Below the pieces are notes generated by a model that did not search any database, was not told where the DNA came from, and was given only the letters and a program-made list of their open reading frames with translations. From positions 1 through 48,377 of the IMG/VR virus record IMGVR_UViG_3300005323_000009: DNA of 48,377 nucleotides, one strand, 5' to 3'. Both the position numbers and the translations under genes were made by a program. Positions 28,927-38,209 of this stretch are shown here, in pieces. Source of the DNA: a virus (Duplodnaviria; Caudoviricetes). How positions within the stretch are numbered: position 1 is the stretch's first letter; the number at the start of each line of letters is the position of its first letter.

Positions 28927-30132
28927 TTACCTTTCGTTAGCTGCCCAGACATACCAAATTCCCTCTTCCCCTGTTGGGGAATAGTACTTTCGAAGAACTG
29001 TCCCACTCCTGATAGCTGTATCTATGCAGTTATCAAACTTCTTTGCGTCTATATCCCTCCAAACCATCTGAAGAAGTTGCTTTTCTGAAATCACTTTGTG
29101 CTGCTGGATTATTCCAAGAAGAAGATCTACATCAGCTGTAACCTCCGAGCGTCCAATAGAAGCGAATGTTTTTCCCATGCGGAGTTCGACTTCTATAAGG
29201 TACTGCATTGCTTCTTCAATATGATGCCAGTGAATTAACATTTCCCCGGATCTTGCAGCTGCGAATATAAGGGCGAGCTTTAGAATAAACATCTGCTTTC
29301 TTGAATACCAGCCATTAAAGGCAGGGTCTCTACAGATTCTTCTCGGATCGCATTCGTCATAGTCGTTGTACCAGTCTATCCATTGCTGCCTGCATTCCGG
29401 GGAAAATTCGTAATTTCCTGAGATTCGTGATATGACTGAGAGGTCGTGGATTAATGCTTCCTTCAATGTCGCACTCGGAGCTTCGGGGATTGCAACCTTT
29501 TTCGTTCGTCCTGTTGCCCATACGAATATAATCCGAGTTGTGAATCCGTTACCTACAGCGGAAGGAGGAAGGGAACTTGCAAGGGAGTCTGGAGTTGTTG
29601 CTCCAAGGATGTTTAAGAAAACAGCAGGAGCTGTATCGCAGCCGCTTTGCTTTGTCTGATATTTCCAAGGAAGTTCTTCACAATCGAATAGGTCTGTTAG
29701 AAGGACGAGCATTTTAGTATTATCTTTCTTCTGCCCGATGAAGGATTCAAATTCTCTCGAAACGATTGAAAGAGAGCTATGTGTGAAGTTAGTTCCATCT
29801 GGCATTGGCTCGACTTCTACAGCATCAGAGATGGCTCTGATAAGAGCTTCCTTTGTTATTGCATCTGCAGAGGTGTGGATTCCAGGAATTTCGTGGATTA
29901 AGCGAGTTCCGTAAGAAATGGCCTGGGTCTTTCTAGAGGCGCCCGGTTCAGCTACTAGGATAATATAGAGATTTGGGTACATTCGAAGGCGTCCATAGCT
30001 AAGCCAGGTCTTCTTTCTTAATGCAGATGCAATGGCAGATACCCCTACCCATTTGTGGAAGATAGGGGCAGATTCTGTATCCTCGGTATATTCGGAGTAG
30101 GCTTCGAGCCAGTTAGGAAGTTTACGGTTCAT
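28927..30132 (-). CDS. DUF3987/YfjI-like P-loop NTPase, putative replicative helicase
   Basis: 'YPNLYIILVAEPGASRKT' P-loop, 'IVSREF', 'LNILGATTP', 'GFTTRIIFV'; C-terminal winged-helix-like region. Confidence 0.75.
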   Translation of the reverse strand: MNRKLPNWLEAYSEYTEDTESAPIFHKWVGVSAIASALRKKTWLSYGRLRMYPNLYIILVAEPGASRKTQAISYGTRLIHEIPGIHTSADAITKEALIRAISDAVEVEPMPDGTNFTHSSLSIVSREFESFIGQKKDNTKMLVLLTDLFDCEELPWKYQTKQSGCDTAPAVFLNILGATTPDSLASSLPPSAVGNGFTTRIIFVWATGRTKKVAIPEAPSATLKEALIHDLSVISRISGNYEFSPECRQQWIDWYNDYDECDPRRICRDPAFNGWYSRKQMFILKLALIFAAARSGEMLIHWHHIEEAMQYLIEVELRMGKTFASIGRSEVTADVDLLLGIIQQHKVISEKQLLQMVWRDIDAKKFDNCIDTAIRSGTVLRKYYSPTGEEGIWYVWAANER

Positions 30133-30156
30133 GAAGTTAGCTCCGAATAAAGGAAA

Positions 30157-31047
30157 CTATTCGTAAAGGTCAATGTCTTCGTTTTGGAGAAAGCTTTCGT
30201 TTACACGAAAAGCAACTTCTCTGATTCTAGGATGTGCTCCTTTTCCATAACGAAGTTTATAGAAGTGCTTCCAGGCGGAGAGTCTGCCGGAAACGATCAT
30301 GTCTGTAGCTATGCAGTGAGGAAGAACATCTCGCGCGATTTCTGGCTTTACATCCACATGAAGGAGCTGTTCGTATCGTGCGAGTGCTTCGTCAACTGCA
30401 TAGCGGAGTGTACTTGACATCTGTGTACCGGAGTCGATTATGATTCGTATTGGGTGATTCATGTAGTTAACATAGCGAGTGCTTTCCTGAGTGAACTGGA
30501 GAGTTCTATGCCGGACGATTTCGTGGGAGATACCGCGATCTACAGTCATTTTAAAAATATAGATAGGTTGATTTCCAGTTTGTTCGTCTTCGACAATAGG
30601 GGTATAGAAGTATTTAAACAAACTGGGCGGGTCCTCGAATATTTCTGGGATGTAGTTGTGAAGTGATTGGGTTATAATGCAGAGAGATGGATTTAGCCAC
30701 TTGTCTATTTCAATGTGGTGTTCGAGCCAGGAGCGCAAGGAACCAGAGAGATAGAGGTTTTGATTAATAACATCGATATGGAAGAAACGTGGCCAGATGT
30801 CTGTTAAAGGGAGGTTAGACTGCCCGTTAAGTTTACCGAGAAGAAGGGTGATGTTGCTATGTTCAAGAACAGAAGTATGACCACGAGAGATAAGAGTTTT
30901 TACAAACTTGAGAGAATTGGAATCTTCTTTTGGTTCGGACTTCCAACAAAGACGACCAAAAGATTCGAGTTGTTTGAGCATGGTGGCTGGGTTAGATGGT
31001 GCTCTTCCGATGTATTCTACATCCTGGTTTATGTATTCAATGTTCAT
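30157..31047 (-). CDS. thyX: FAD-dependent thymidylate synthase
   Basis: 'RGHTSVLEH', 'RGISHEIVRHRTLQFTQESTRY' (RHRx7S) and 'ARDVLP'; start at 31047 overlaps the pol stop (ATGA). Confidence 0.92.
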   Translation of the reverse strand: MNIEYINQDVEYIGRAPSNPATMLKQLESFGRLCWKSEPKEDSNSLKFVKTLISRGHTSVLEHSNITLLLGKLNGQSNLPLTDIWPRFFHIDVINQNLYLSGSLRSWLEHHIEIDKWLNPSLCIITQSLHNYIPEIFEDPPSLFKYFYTPIVEDEQTGNQPIYIFKMTVDRGISHEIVRHRTLQFTQESTRYVNYMNHPIRIIIDSGTQMSSTLRYAVDEALARYEQLLHVDVKPEIARDVLPHCIATDMIVSGRLSAWKHFYKLRYGKGAHPRIREVAFRVNESFLQNEDIDLYE

Positions 31048-33473
31048 AAGGATTCCTTCACGTAGTCTGTATACTCGACCTCTTTCATAGTTCCCCAGGT
31101 TTCTCCGATAGAGAAATCTACATCGATGGTGAATTCTCTTCCGTTTACTTCCAGGGGCATAAGCATACACTCTTTCATGGCTTTCATAACAAAAGGAACT
31201 TCAGAAGGATCGCAGTAGGCATAAACAGCATCATGAAGTTGAAGAAGGAGATCGATTAAATCAGGGTAGTTTTCATACATCTTAACGAGAGCTTTGTTCA
31301 TGAGATCGCCTACAGTGCTCTGGGGAATGTAGCTGTAAGCAGAACGGAATAAATTATCTCCCCAGCGGTCTGTGAATTTATGTTTCCTTCCGAAGAGGTT
31401 ATAGAGGGTTCTTGTTTTTCTGAGTTCGTCTTTAATGCGCTCATGCCAGAGGTGGAGTTGCGGACACTTGAGATGGTAGAGGGTCATAAGGCGCTTTGCT
31501 TCTGCAAGGGGAATGTTTAACTTTGTAGCGAGAACTCCAGGACCCGCACTGTAGTTATTTGCATGACGGATTGTTTTTCCAATTTGGCGTTGTTCTGGAG
31601 TAACCTCCTCGATAGGAAAACAGAACATATCTGCTGCAGTTACTTTATGTACGTCGAGATTATTTTCGCTACGATATTTCTTTGTCTTTCCATAAGACTC
31701 CTCAAAGAGTTCAATCAGCTTTCTATCTTCGATAAGATACGCTACAACAACAGCTTCGGCTTGCATGTAGTCAGGAGAAACAATTACTTTTCCCGGAACT
31801 TCGTAGATTTTCCTGGCTACCTTTGGGACATTCTGGAGATTTCCACTTCCATACGGAAGGATGATAGATGCACTGGAGGACCACCTCCCGAAGGAACGGT
31901 ACTGTTCTTCGTCATCTATGAGAAGTCCCTTGTCTTCTCGAAGCATTGTAGCGCCGGTTATGTTATAGCAGGTGTGGACTGTTCCTTTTGGACTTGGTTC
32001 AACTTCAATGAATTGAGAAAGCTTTGTAAGCTTCTTCCATTCGAGTATAAGGTCAAGTGTAGGGTTGTTGGAGATTCGGGCAAGCTTTTTGAGCGCTTCT
32101 GAGTCTGCTGTCGTTTTCCTTGTTTCATTGACTGATTTCCTCCGTTTGTACTGAGTTGGGAGGTTCATGTCTTCATAGAGGACTTTTTGAAGTTGTTGAC
32201 TGGAGTTTAAGTTTACTTTCTTTCCAAGGGCGGATTCGATTTCACTGTCAAGTTGTTTAATCCTGGGATAGATTCCTTTTGCAATTCCATTGTCGTCTAT
32301 GGAATCGTCGTGAAGAAGTTTCTTTTGTGTCTCTCTGTTAATTGGAATGCCCTGTAGCTGGAGCATGGAAGCGGGTTTAACTTGAGACATTTCAAAATCG
32401 AAAGTAGATTTGATGTTTTGTTTTATCATTTCAGCTTCGAGAGCGTTCCAAATTCCGTAGGTATTTGCAGCGTCACCGACGTTGTAGAGAGTAGGGAATT
32501 GGTTTGAGGTGTGCTTCCATGCGGGAACGTTAAGAAGAATAGAGGCAAGGAAGCCAAGACTTCTTGGATGCTCGGGCCAGACTACATGACCGGCTATGAG
32601 AGTGTCAGCGTAGAAATTCTTTGTAAAGATGTGGAGTTTTTCCCAGAGGACGTTGATGTCATAAAGTCCATTGTGCATTATAGTGTTGCATTTGGAAAGG
32701 ACTCGGGCGACGGAGAGCCAGATTTCCATTTCGTCAGATGTGCTATAGCGTGGGTGTCTTCCGTTAAAGAAGTCGAAAGAAAGAGCGTGATTTGGAGAGT
32801 CAGCAAACCCGATAATGTCTATATGCGTTCCAGGATTTTTGACTTCGATGTCTACTGCAATGGGAGCTTTGTGGTCGTGGAGGAGGAAGAGAAGATAATC
32901 GAGGAATTCTCTTCTGGATGAGGTAGCGTTCAGAGAACGCTTGTCTTGTGGCAATGCAGGTGAAGATGAATTTGCATAACCTTTTCGTAAGTCCATAACA
33001 CACGGAAAGTGTAGTTTCCATTCGTTGTCTACTGCTCCAGGATGGTAGGTGAAAATGCACTTTTGGCCAGGAACAAGGGTAGATTCCATAACGTAACCAC
33101 GGAACTGGGATATGGATGTCTGGCCAGTTAATGCCCAAAGAGCTGTTCTTCCAAGACCGATGACGATGTTAGGACGAAAGAAAAGGATATCCTTTTTAAG
33201 TTGTTCAACGAAGAGCTGCATTTTGTTTGTAGGTCTGGTACACTTCTTGTCTTCGAAGTAGAAGTCAATCCTGTTGCCAGGGGGGCGTTCCCTGGCAACA
33301 TTGGTTATAAGGCAGGCTTCTCGAACGATAGGAGTTTGATAGAGAAGGGAGTCAAGAACTCTACCATCGTGCCCTTTGAAGCACTTTCCAGTAGCTTCTT
33401 CGTCTGCCCCAGGGGCTTCGCCTATGAGAAGGATGCTAGCCGAGGCAGGACCCTCAGTGTGTGTTTGCGCCAT
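31044..33473 (-). CDS. polA: Family A DNA polymerase with N-terminal uracil-DNA glycosylase-like domain and 3'-5' exonuclease
   Basis: UDG family-4 motifs GEAPG and YHP; exo VDIE, HNGLYD, YNVGD; motif A DYMQAE, motif B RQIGKTIRHANNY, motif C QLHDA. Confidence 0.92.
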   Translation of the reverse strand: MAQTHTEGPASASILLIGEAPGADEEATGKCFKGHDGRVLDSLLYQTPIVREACLITNVARERPPGNRIDFYFEDKKCTRPTNKMQLFVEQLKKDILFFRPNIVIGLGRTALWALTGQTSISQFRGYVMESTLVPGQKCIFTYHPGAVDNEWKLHFPCVMDLRKGYANSSSPALPQDKRSLNATSSRREFLDYLLFLLHDHKAPIAVDIEVKNPGTHIDIIGFADSPNHALSFDFFNGRHPRYSTSDEMEIWLSVARVLSKCNTIMHNGLYDINVLWEKLHIFTKNFYADTLIAGHVVWPEHPRSLGFLASILLNVPAWKHTSNQFPTLYNVGDAANTYGIWNALEAEMIKQNIKSTFDFEMSQVKPASMLQLQGIPINRETQKKLLHDDSIDDNGIAKGIYPRIKQLDSEIESALGKKVNLNSSQQLQKVLYEDMNLPTQYKRRKSVNETRKTTADSEALKKLARISNNPTLDLILEWKKLTKLSQFIEVEPSPKGTVHTCYNITGATMLREDKGLLIDDEEQYRSFGRWSSSASIILPYGSGNLQNVPKVARKIYEVPGKVIVSPDYMQAEAVVVAYLIEDRKLIELFEESYGKTKKYRSENNLDVHKVTAADMFCFPIEEVTPEQRQIGKTIRHANNYSAGPGVLATKLNIPLAEAKRLMTLYHLKCPQLHLWHERIKDELRKTRTLYNLFGRKHKFTDRWGDNLFRSAYSYIPQSTVGDLMNKALVKMYENYPDLIDLLLQLHDAVYAYCDPSEVPFVMKAMKECMLMPLEVNGREFTIDVDFSIGETWGTMKEVEYTDYVKESL

Positions 33474-33690
33474 CAGCTTCTCCAAAGGTGGGGATAGGAG
33501 CTTCGAGAGAGTTGAGAAGTCCGCAGGAGGTGCAGATGTAGCCGGCAGGGACCTGGACCATGGTGTGGCTGGACTGACCAGTTACAAGAGGACTTGCATA
33601 GCGGACTTTAAATGCAGGAAGAAAGACATCGCAACCACACTGGCATTTGATAATGGGAAGATTGTTGATGTTCACGCTTAGTTGAGGCAT
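33454..33690 (-). CDS. Zinc-ribbon protein
   Basis: CQCGC...CTSCG; overlaps the pol start. Confidence 0.6.
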   Translation of the reverse strand: MPQLSVNINNLPIIKCQCGCDVFLPAFKVRYASPLVTGQSSHTMVQVPAGYICTSCGLLNSLEAPIPTFGEADGANTH

Positions 33691-33710
33691 GGATTGAGCC
33701 CTTTTTTGGT

Positions 33711-33729
33711 AAATACACAATGTGTATTT
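33711..33729. repeat. 19-bp palindrome copy 9
   Basis: AAATACACAATGTGTATTT, 1 nt beyond the stop of the ParB-MTase gene. Confidence 0.95.
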
Positions 33730-33730
33730 G

Positions 33731-35038
33731 TTAACGGTTTTTTAATTCTTCATACACGAGGGCAATTCGGCTTTGTGCTGTAACAAAAGAAGCATTGTCT
33801 ATTTCAATTCCAGTACAGATTAAGTTTTGTCGAAGACCTGCTTCAATGGAAGAACCGGAACCCATGAATGGGTCGATGAGGGTTTGACCAGGAAAAGAAC
33901 ATCGAGAAAGAAGGTTTGTAAGAAGCTCTACCGGCTTTTCATAGGGGTGCTTTCGTTTAGAGGAGTGGATAGGAGGGCATTCGATCCAGTCGGGTTGTGC
34001 TAGCTTTACAAGAGAAGATTCAGATCTTCTGCAATAGAGGATCATCTCGTAACAGGAAGATGGCCAACAGGACGGGGCAGTACATTGGCCTGTTTCACGT
34101 TTTATCCAGATAATAGGACGGATGTGGGGAAGCCAACCGGCTCTTTTAAAGATGAAGTAGACTGTTCGAATATGTTCTGGAGAAGAGAAGATGTATGCGT
34201 GGGAAGTTGGTTTGGTAAAGCGAAAAGATTCCTTTGCAAGAAGTTTGTAGTAGCGAAAAGCATCCGCCTTTCTGTCAGAAATCATAAATCCAGAGGTATT
34301 AAAAGTTCCGCTTGGAAGTCCTCCGATCTTGTGGCACTGGAGGTCTGCATCAATTCCATAGATCGGGTCGGTTAGGAGGATGTCAAAGGAGGCATCTGGA
34401 ATTGTAGGAAGATATACCTCTGCGTCTGCTTGAATGAGGGAAAAGGTTTTCTTTCCGTCGTCGAGGAGCTTTTGATGTTTCACTGCATCAATTGCAGCAG
34501 TAGCAATACGCTGCATTCCTTTTGCGGCTTTTTGAATTTCAGTAGCTGTCTTGGCTTCTTTGAGGTCAGGGAAGGATTGTACCATTTGATCGATTTGAAG
34601 TTGCTTTTCTACCTGGGCACGGGAAACACCAAGGGCGTTTGCAGTTTCTGTAATCCCCCAACCGTCAGTTATAGAACCCTTCTTTGCCGCACCGTGACGT
34701 TGTTGTTTAAGACGATGATAGTCCGCTACAGCAGCAGCGTAGTCAGCGGGGGTAAAATCCTCCCTAAAACAGTTTGCCTCTATCTCCAGTTCACGAAGTT
34801 CTGCATCGTCTGCAATGTCTTCGAAGGTACATTTAACATCTTTTCCTGCGAGGATGCAGGCGGCTAGGCGACGACCGCCATCTACGAGTTCATAGTTCCG
34901 TGTTACGATAATGGGAAGGATTTGGCGCTTTTCTTTTATACTCTTGGCAAGAGAGCTTACATCACCAAGAGCAGTACGGTAGCGCTTTTGTCCTTCGCGG
35001 ATTTTGATCTTACTGGGATGGACGAAGAAACATTCCAT
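33731..35038 (-). CDS. ParB-like (CTPase + HTH) domain fused to an N6A/N4C DNA methyltransferase
   Basis: ParB 'LAKSIKEKRQILPIIV...LVDGGRRLAA...EIEANCFREDF'; HTH 'WGITETANALGVSRAQV'; MTase 'TDPIY', 'HPYEKP', 'DPFMGSGS' in beta-class order. Confidence 0.88.
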   Translation of the reverse strand: MECFFVHPSKIKIREGQKRYRTALGDVSSLAKSIKEKRQILPIIVTRNYELVDGGRRLAACILAGKDVKCTFEDIADDAELRELEIEANCFREDFTPADYAAAVADYHRLKQQRHGAAKKGSITDGWGITETANALGVSRAQVEKQLQIDQMVQSFPDLKEAKTATEIQKAAKGMQRIATAAIDAVKHQKLLDDGKKTFSLIQADAEVYLPTIPDASFDILLTDPIYGIDADLQCHKIGGLPSGTFNTSGFMISDRKADAFRYYKLLAKESFRFTKPTSHAYIFSSPEHIRTVYFIFKRAGWLPHIRPIIWIKRETGQCTAPSCWPSSCYEMILYCRRSESSLVKLAQPDWIECPPIHSSKRKHPYEKPVELLTNLLSRCSFPGQTLIDPFMGSGSSIEAGLRQNLICTGIEIDNASFVTAQSRIALVYEELKNR

Positions 35039-35046
35039 GAAGTCTC

Positions 35047-35268
35047 CTAAATAAGGCCAAGTTTTCTGAGAAGTTCGCAGGCTTCTGGAGGGAGTTGAAG
35101 AAGATCTTTCTTTTTCGCTTTTGTCTTTGGTTCTTTTATCACCTTCGGGTCAACAACAGCGTTTGTAGTTAATTCTTTATCCCTTTCTTGGAAGTAGGAA
35201 AAGAAGAATGCCTGCTGCTCTGAGGGGGTAAGGTCGAGAACATTGGGATAGAGATCTTCTAGTCGCAT
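35047..35268 (-). CDS. Hypothetical protein
   Basis: Packed ORF in the operon. Confidence 0.6.
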   Translation of the reverse strand: MRLEDLYPNVLDLTPSEQQAFFFSYFQERDKELTTNAVVDPKVIKEPKTKAKKKDLLQLPPEACELLRKLGLI

Positions 35269-35519
35269 ATGGAGGTACTCAAGATTGCTTCGATTTTTGC
35301 AAGTTCTCTCTTGAGCAAGATTTCAGCCATGTTAAGAATCTGCTGAATCTCTTCATCGGAGATTTTTGGTGAGATATCTGAGCGAATACGAAGAGTTATC
35401 TCTCCTTCGAATCCAAGAGTAATGATAGGGATTTCTTCAGTTGTTTGAGCATTAAAACAGTGACATTCAGGACAGCCGCTTTCACAGGATTCTTGTTTTT
35501 GTTCTTCGTCTTTACACAT
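35259..35519 (-). CDS. Hypothetical protein with N-terminal Cys cluster
   Basis: GGAG RBS; CESGCPECHC. Confidence 0.55.
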   Translation of the reverse strand: MCKDEEQKQESCESGCPECHCFNAQTTEEIPIITLGFEGEITLRIRSDISPKISDEEIQQILNMAEILLKRELAKIEAILSTSICD

Positions 35520-35532
35520 AGAAGTCTCCAGG

Positions 35533-35557
35533 AAAAAGGGGCTCTTTCGAGCCCCTT
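35533..35557 (-). terminator. Intrinsic terminator after the SSB-like gene
   Basis: Minus strand AAGGGGCTC-GAAA-GAGCCCCTTTTT. Confidence 0.8.
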
Positions 35558-35581
35558 GTTACGAAATGGTTGCTGATTTAG

Positions 35582-36271
35582 TTAGGCTCTGGTTGTATCC
35601 AGAGTAATGGACTGAACACGATTCCTAGCGTCGCCTTTGTAGACTTCGATGTCTACAGCGACAATGACAGGGATACCGATCCAACGTTGTTCGATGATGG
35701 ACTGGGCGATGGCCTGACGATCCTTGCGGTCTTCGACGGGGATTTTCAAGTTGTCGAAGTCGCGCTTCATAGAGTTAATCTTCCCCTGGTGCTTTGTAAC
35801 GCGGCCGTTGGACTGGAGTTCGTTTTTATCGCCGGGCTTTGGGAGCCACATGCGGTAGTAATCGTGACTACCGTCAACAGCAGTAGTTCCGTCAGACATA
35901 ACAACACCGTTTTCAACGAAGCAGAGTTTGAATGCAATGGAGTACTTACTCGCTTCGTGAGTTACTGCTACGATGTTAGCGCGGTAGTTTCCGCCGGGGA
36001 TTAGAGGAACAGGTTTGAATTCATCTTCGAGGTTGAAGTCTACATTAAGACCAGCATCACTAGAGTCATCTGGGTGATTAGGAACTCCATCACCTTCGGC
36101 TTTGAGAGTTCCGTGCTTTACGTAGTGGTCGAGTTCTTCTTGAGACATAGCGGAAAAGTCGGGTTCGGCTGCTGTGGTTTCGGTAGTTGTCACTTCGGTT
36201 TCAATCTTCTTAGCCATTTTTAAATTCCTTCGTTCTTTGGATTGCTTTAGGAGTTTATTGAAATCAACCAT
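35582..36271 (-). CDS. DUF669-like single-stranded DNA-binding protein
   Basis: 'FKPVPLIPGGNYRANIV' and 'WIGIPVIVAVDIEVYKGDARNRV'; adjacent to the AAA ATPase and nuclease. Confidence 0.65.
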   Translation of the reverse strand: MVDFNKLLKQSKERRNLKMAKKIETEVTTTETTAAEPDFSAMSQEELDHYVKHGTLKAEGDGVPNHPDDSSDAGLNVDFNLEDEFKPVPLIPGGNYRANIVAVTHEASKYSIAFKLCFVENGVVMSDGTTAVDGSHDYYRMWLPKPGDKNELQSNGRVTKHQGKINSMKRDFDNLKIPVEDRKDRQAIAQSIIEQRWIGIPVIVAVDIEVYKGDARNRVQSITLDTTRA

Positions 36272-36289
36272 TTTGTTTTCCTCTGTAGG

Positions 36290-37084
36290 TTATTGTGTCG
36301 TTGTCTCCTTTGCTTTGATGGCGTTCTGTATCTGTTCCATGCGTTTTTTCTGCGCGGAAATAGCGGAACGGTAGGCGGACATAACAGCAGGATAGTTGTT
36401 TGGAAGTTCTGCTGGGAGAAGACTAGCTATACCGGACATGGTAGAACGAGCTTTATACATTCCCATGGGGATGGTGCGAAGGTACCACTCTGTTCCGCCG
36501 CCTTGCTTTGGCTTTGTAAAAGCACAGTAAACTTCTTCGAAATAACCAGGGACGCGAATAGCGAGTTGGCCAGTTAAGAGAGGCTCAATTCCGATGATAG
36601 CGCCAGTCTTTGCATCAGTCTTAATTTCAAGATGAGCGATGACAACGATATTGCAGTTGTATCCAATGAGAGAACGAAATTTCCCTTCCATGAGATTACG
36701 GACCATGCTGTAGTGTACGTTCCAGATAGGACCGTTTGTCTCGGAGCGCTTTGGATCGAGCTGAAGAGAGCGTTCCATTGCGATGTCAGACATGGCAGTG
36801 GTGGAGTCGAGAATGACGGTTTTGTATTTTCCTTCTTCGACGAGTTTGGAAACCTCTCTTTCTTCCTTTTCGTAGAGAACCCAGCCAGCAGGGGAAATTG
36901 GATATTCGGAATAGTCCCATCCCTGGTAACGGCTGTAGGTGGCTATCTTTCTATCGAAGTTGAAGACAAAGCCAGGGGTGGGGAAGGTGGCAGCAAATTC
37001 ACTTTTCCCTGTTCCGAAGTCTCCACAGATGAAGAACTTTCCGCAGGCTTCGTCGATTACGTGGTCGCAGGCGTGTAGGATCAT
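36290..37084 (-). CDS. AAA_24 / Sak4-like ATPase (recombination)
   Basis: Walker A GDFGTGKS, 'TVILDSTT', 'NIVVIAH'. Confidence 0.8.
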   Translation of the reverse strand: MILHACDHVIDEACGKFFICGDFGTGKSEFAATFPTPGFVFNFDRKIATYSRYQGWDYSEYPISPAGWVLYEKEEREVSKLVEEGKYKTVILDSTTAMSDIAMERSLQLDPKRSETNGPIWNVHYSMVRNLMEGKFRSLIGYNCNIVVIAHLEIKTDAKTGAIIGIEPLLTGQLAIRVPGYFEEVYCAFTKPKQGGGTEWYLRTIPMGMYKARSTMSGIASLLPAELPNNYPAVMSAYRSAISAQKKRMEQIQNAIKAKETTTQ

Positions 37085-38091
37085 AGTAAGTTATGCTCTT
37101 TCAGAAGATTCTCTCGACGGAGGTTTCGTTCAAAGGATGCTTGACGAACATCCCAAATAGGGCAGGTTATGAAGTTGTCTCCTAGGATCAAGTTATCTAA
37201 TGGACGTTGCTGTTCACAGAGCATGGAGTAAGAACAAGAACCCCAGTGATGACAGGAGTCTTGCTGCATTGGCCAGACGTTCGTGCGGTATGCGTGTTGG
37301 AGTTCAGAAGCAGTTTTTATTAGGGAGAGGCGCCACTGAGAAATGTCATAGGGAGTGTAGAGTTCTGGAACTCGATAGAAATCGATCTTTGGTGTTCCAT
37401 AGAGTTCAGTCTTTTTACTCTTTGTAGCAGAGAGGTGGTGAATGGAAACAAGGAAGCCGTCTGGAGAAGTTGGAAGGGTTTTAGAAGCAGCGTAGCTATA
37501 GCCGATGAACTGAGGATCACGACGAAGAGTCTTTGTAACAGTGGTAATTGGCTTTCCAGTGGACTTGAAGTCGAGAATCCAGGGGCGACCTCCGAGAAGG
37601 ATTTCGAGATCTATCTGGCCTGTAAAAAGGAAAGGGTTGATACAGAAAGAGGATTCTTCGCGGGTCTCGGGGACGATAGGAATTTCAAAGTAGCGTTCCG
37701 TTGCAAGGACAGTGAGAAAACCTTCGTCAGCTGAGAAAAAGGAGACATAACGCATAAAGGAATCAAGAAGGTTAGAGTGAGTGCGATAGTCTTCGTAGAA
37801 TTCACGGTTTTTTGATTCCTCCTGCCATTCGTAGGTGGAGACAAGGATGGCAGCTTCAATGGCTTTACCGTCTTTAATCCATCCGTTTTTCTGAACGTGG
37901 CTATAGAAAGCGTCCATCATGGCGTGCCAGACGGTTCCGTAGCGAAGGGCAGAGGAACCAAGGCGGGGTTGAAGCCCAAGGATGTGCTGATAGTAGTATT
38001 TTCGAAGGCAGTCAACTGCACAGGAACGGCGAGTGTTATCAATGCGAAGGAGGGAAAGTTCAGATACGGCGGGTTGATCTACTGGATACAT
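37081..38091 (-). CDS. PD-(D/E)xK (RecB/Cas4-like) exonuclease
   Basis: 'CLRKYYY', 'GTVWH', 'GQIDL...ILDFKS', 'QFIGY', C-terminal Cys cluster. Confidence 0.85.
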   Translation of the reverse strand: MYPVDQPAVSELSLLRIDNTRRSCAVDCLRKYYYQHILGLQPRLGSSALRYGTVWHAMMDAFYSHVQKNGWIKDGKAIEAAILVSTYEWQEESKNREFYEDYRTHSNLLDSFMRYVSFFSADEGFLTVLATERYFEIPIVPETREESSFCINPFLFTGQIDLEILLGGRPWILDFKSTGKPITTVTKTLRRDPQFIGYSYAASKTLPTSPDGFLVSIHHLSATKSKKTELYGTPKIDFYRVPELYTPYDISQWRLSLIKTASELQHAYRTNVWPMQQDSCHHWGSCSYSMLCEQQRPLDNLILGDNFITCPIWDVRQASFERNLRRENLLKEHNLL

Positions 38092-38159
38092 GCAAGAAAC
38101 TCCTATGCTTCTTCTAAGCGAATGAGATCATCTATCTCGTTTGGAGTTCTTTTGAGAAG

Positions 38160-38197
38160 AAGACAGCGTAGCCTTGGTTATGCGGCTACGCTGTCTT
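38160..38197. terminator. 14-bp perfect stem-loop (terminator or RNA processing site)
   Basis: AAGACAGCGTAGCC-10 nt-GGCTACGCTGTCTT. Confidence 0.65.
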
Positions 38198-38209
38198 TGG
38201 TTCGGGCGT

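Noticed and set aside
30157-31170. Longer ThyX start at 31170, and similar upstream extensions at 38878, 39359 and 39865
   Set aside because: The extensions overlap neighbouring genes or a palindrome; downstream ATGs have an RBS or stop-start coupling.
37081-38091. Cas4 as part of a CRISPR system
   Set aside because: It sits in the usual phage nuclease-AAA-SSB recombination module, with no cas1/cas2 or array.
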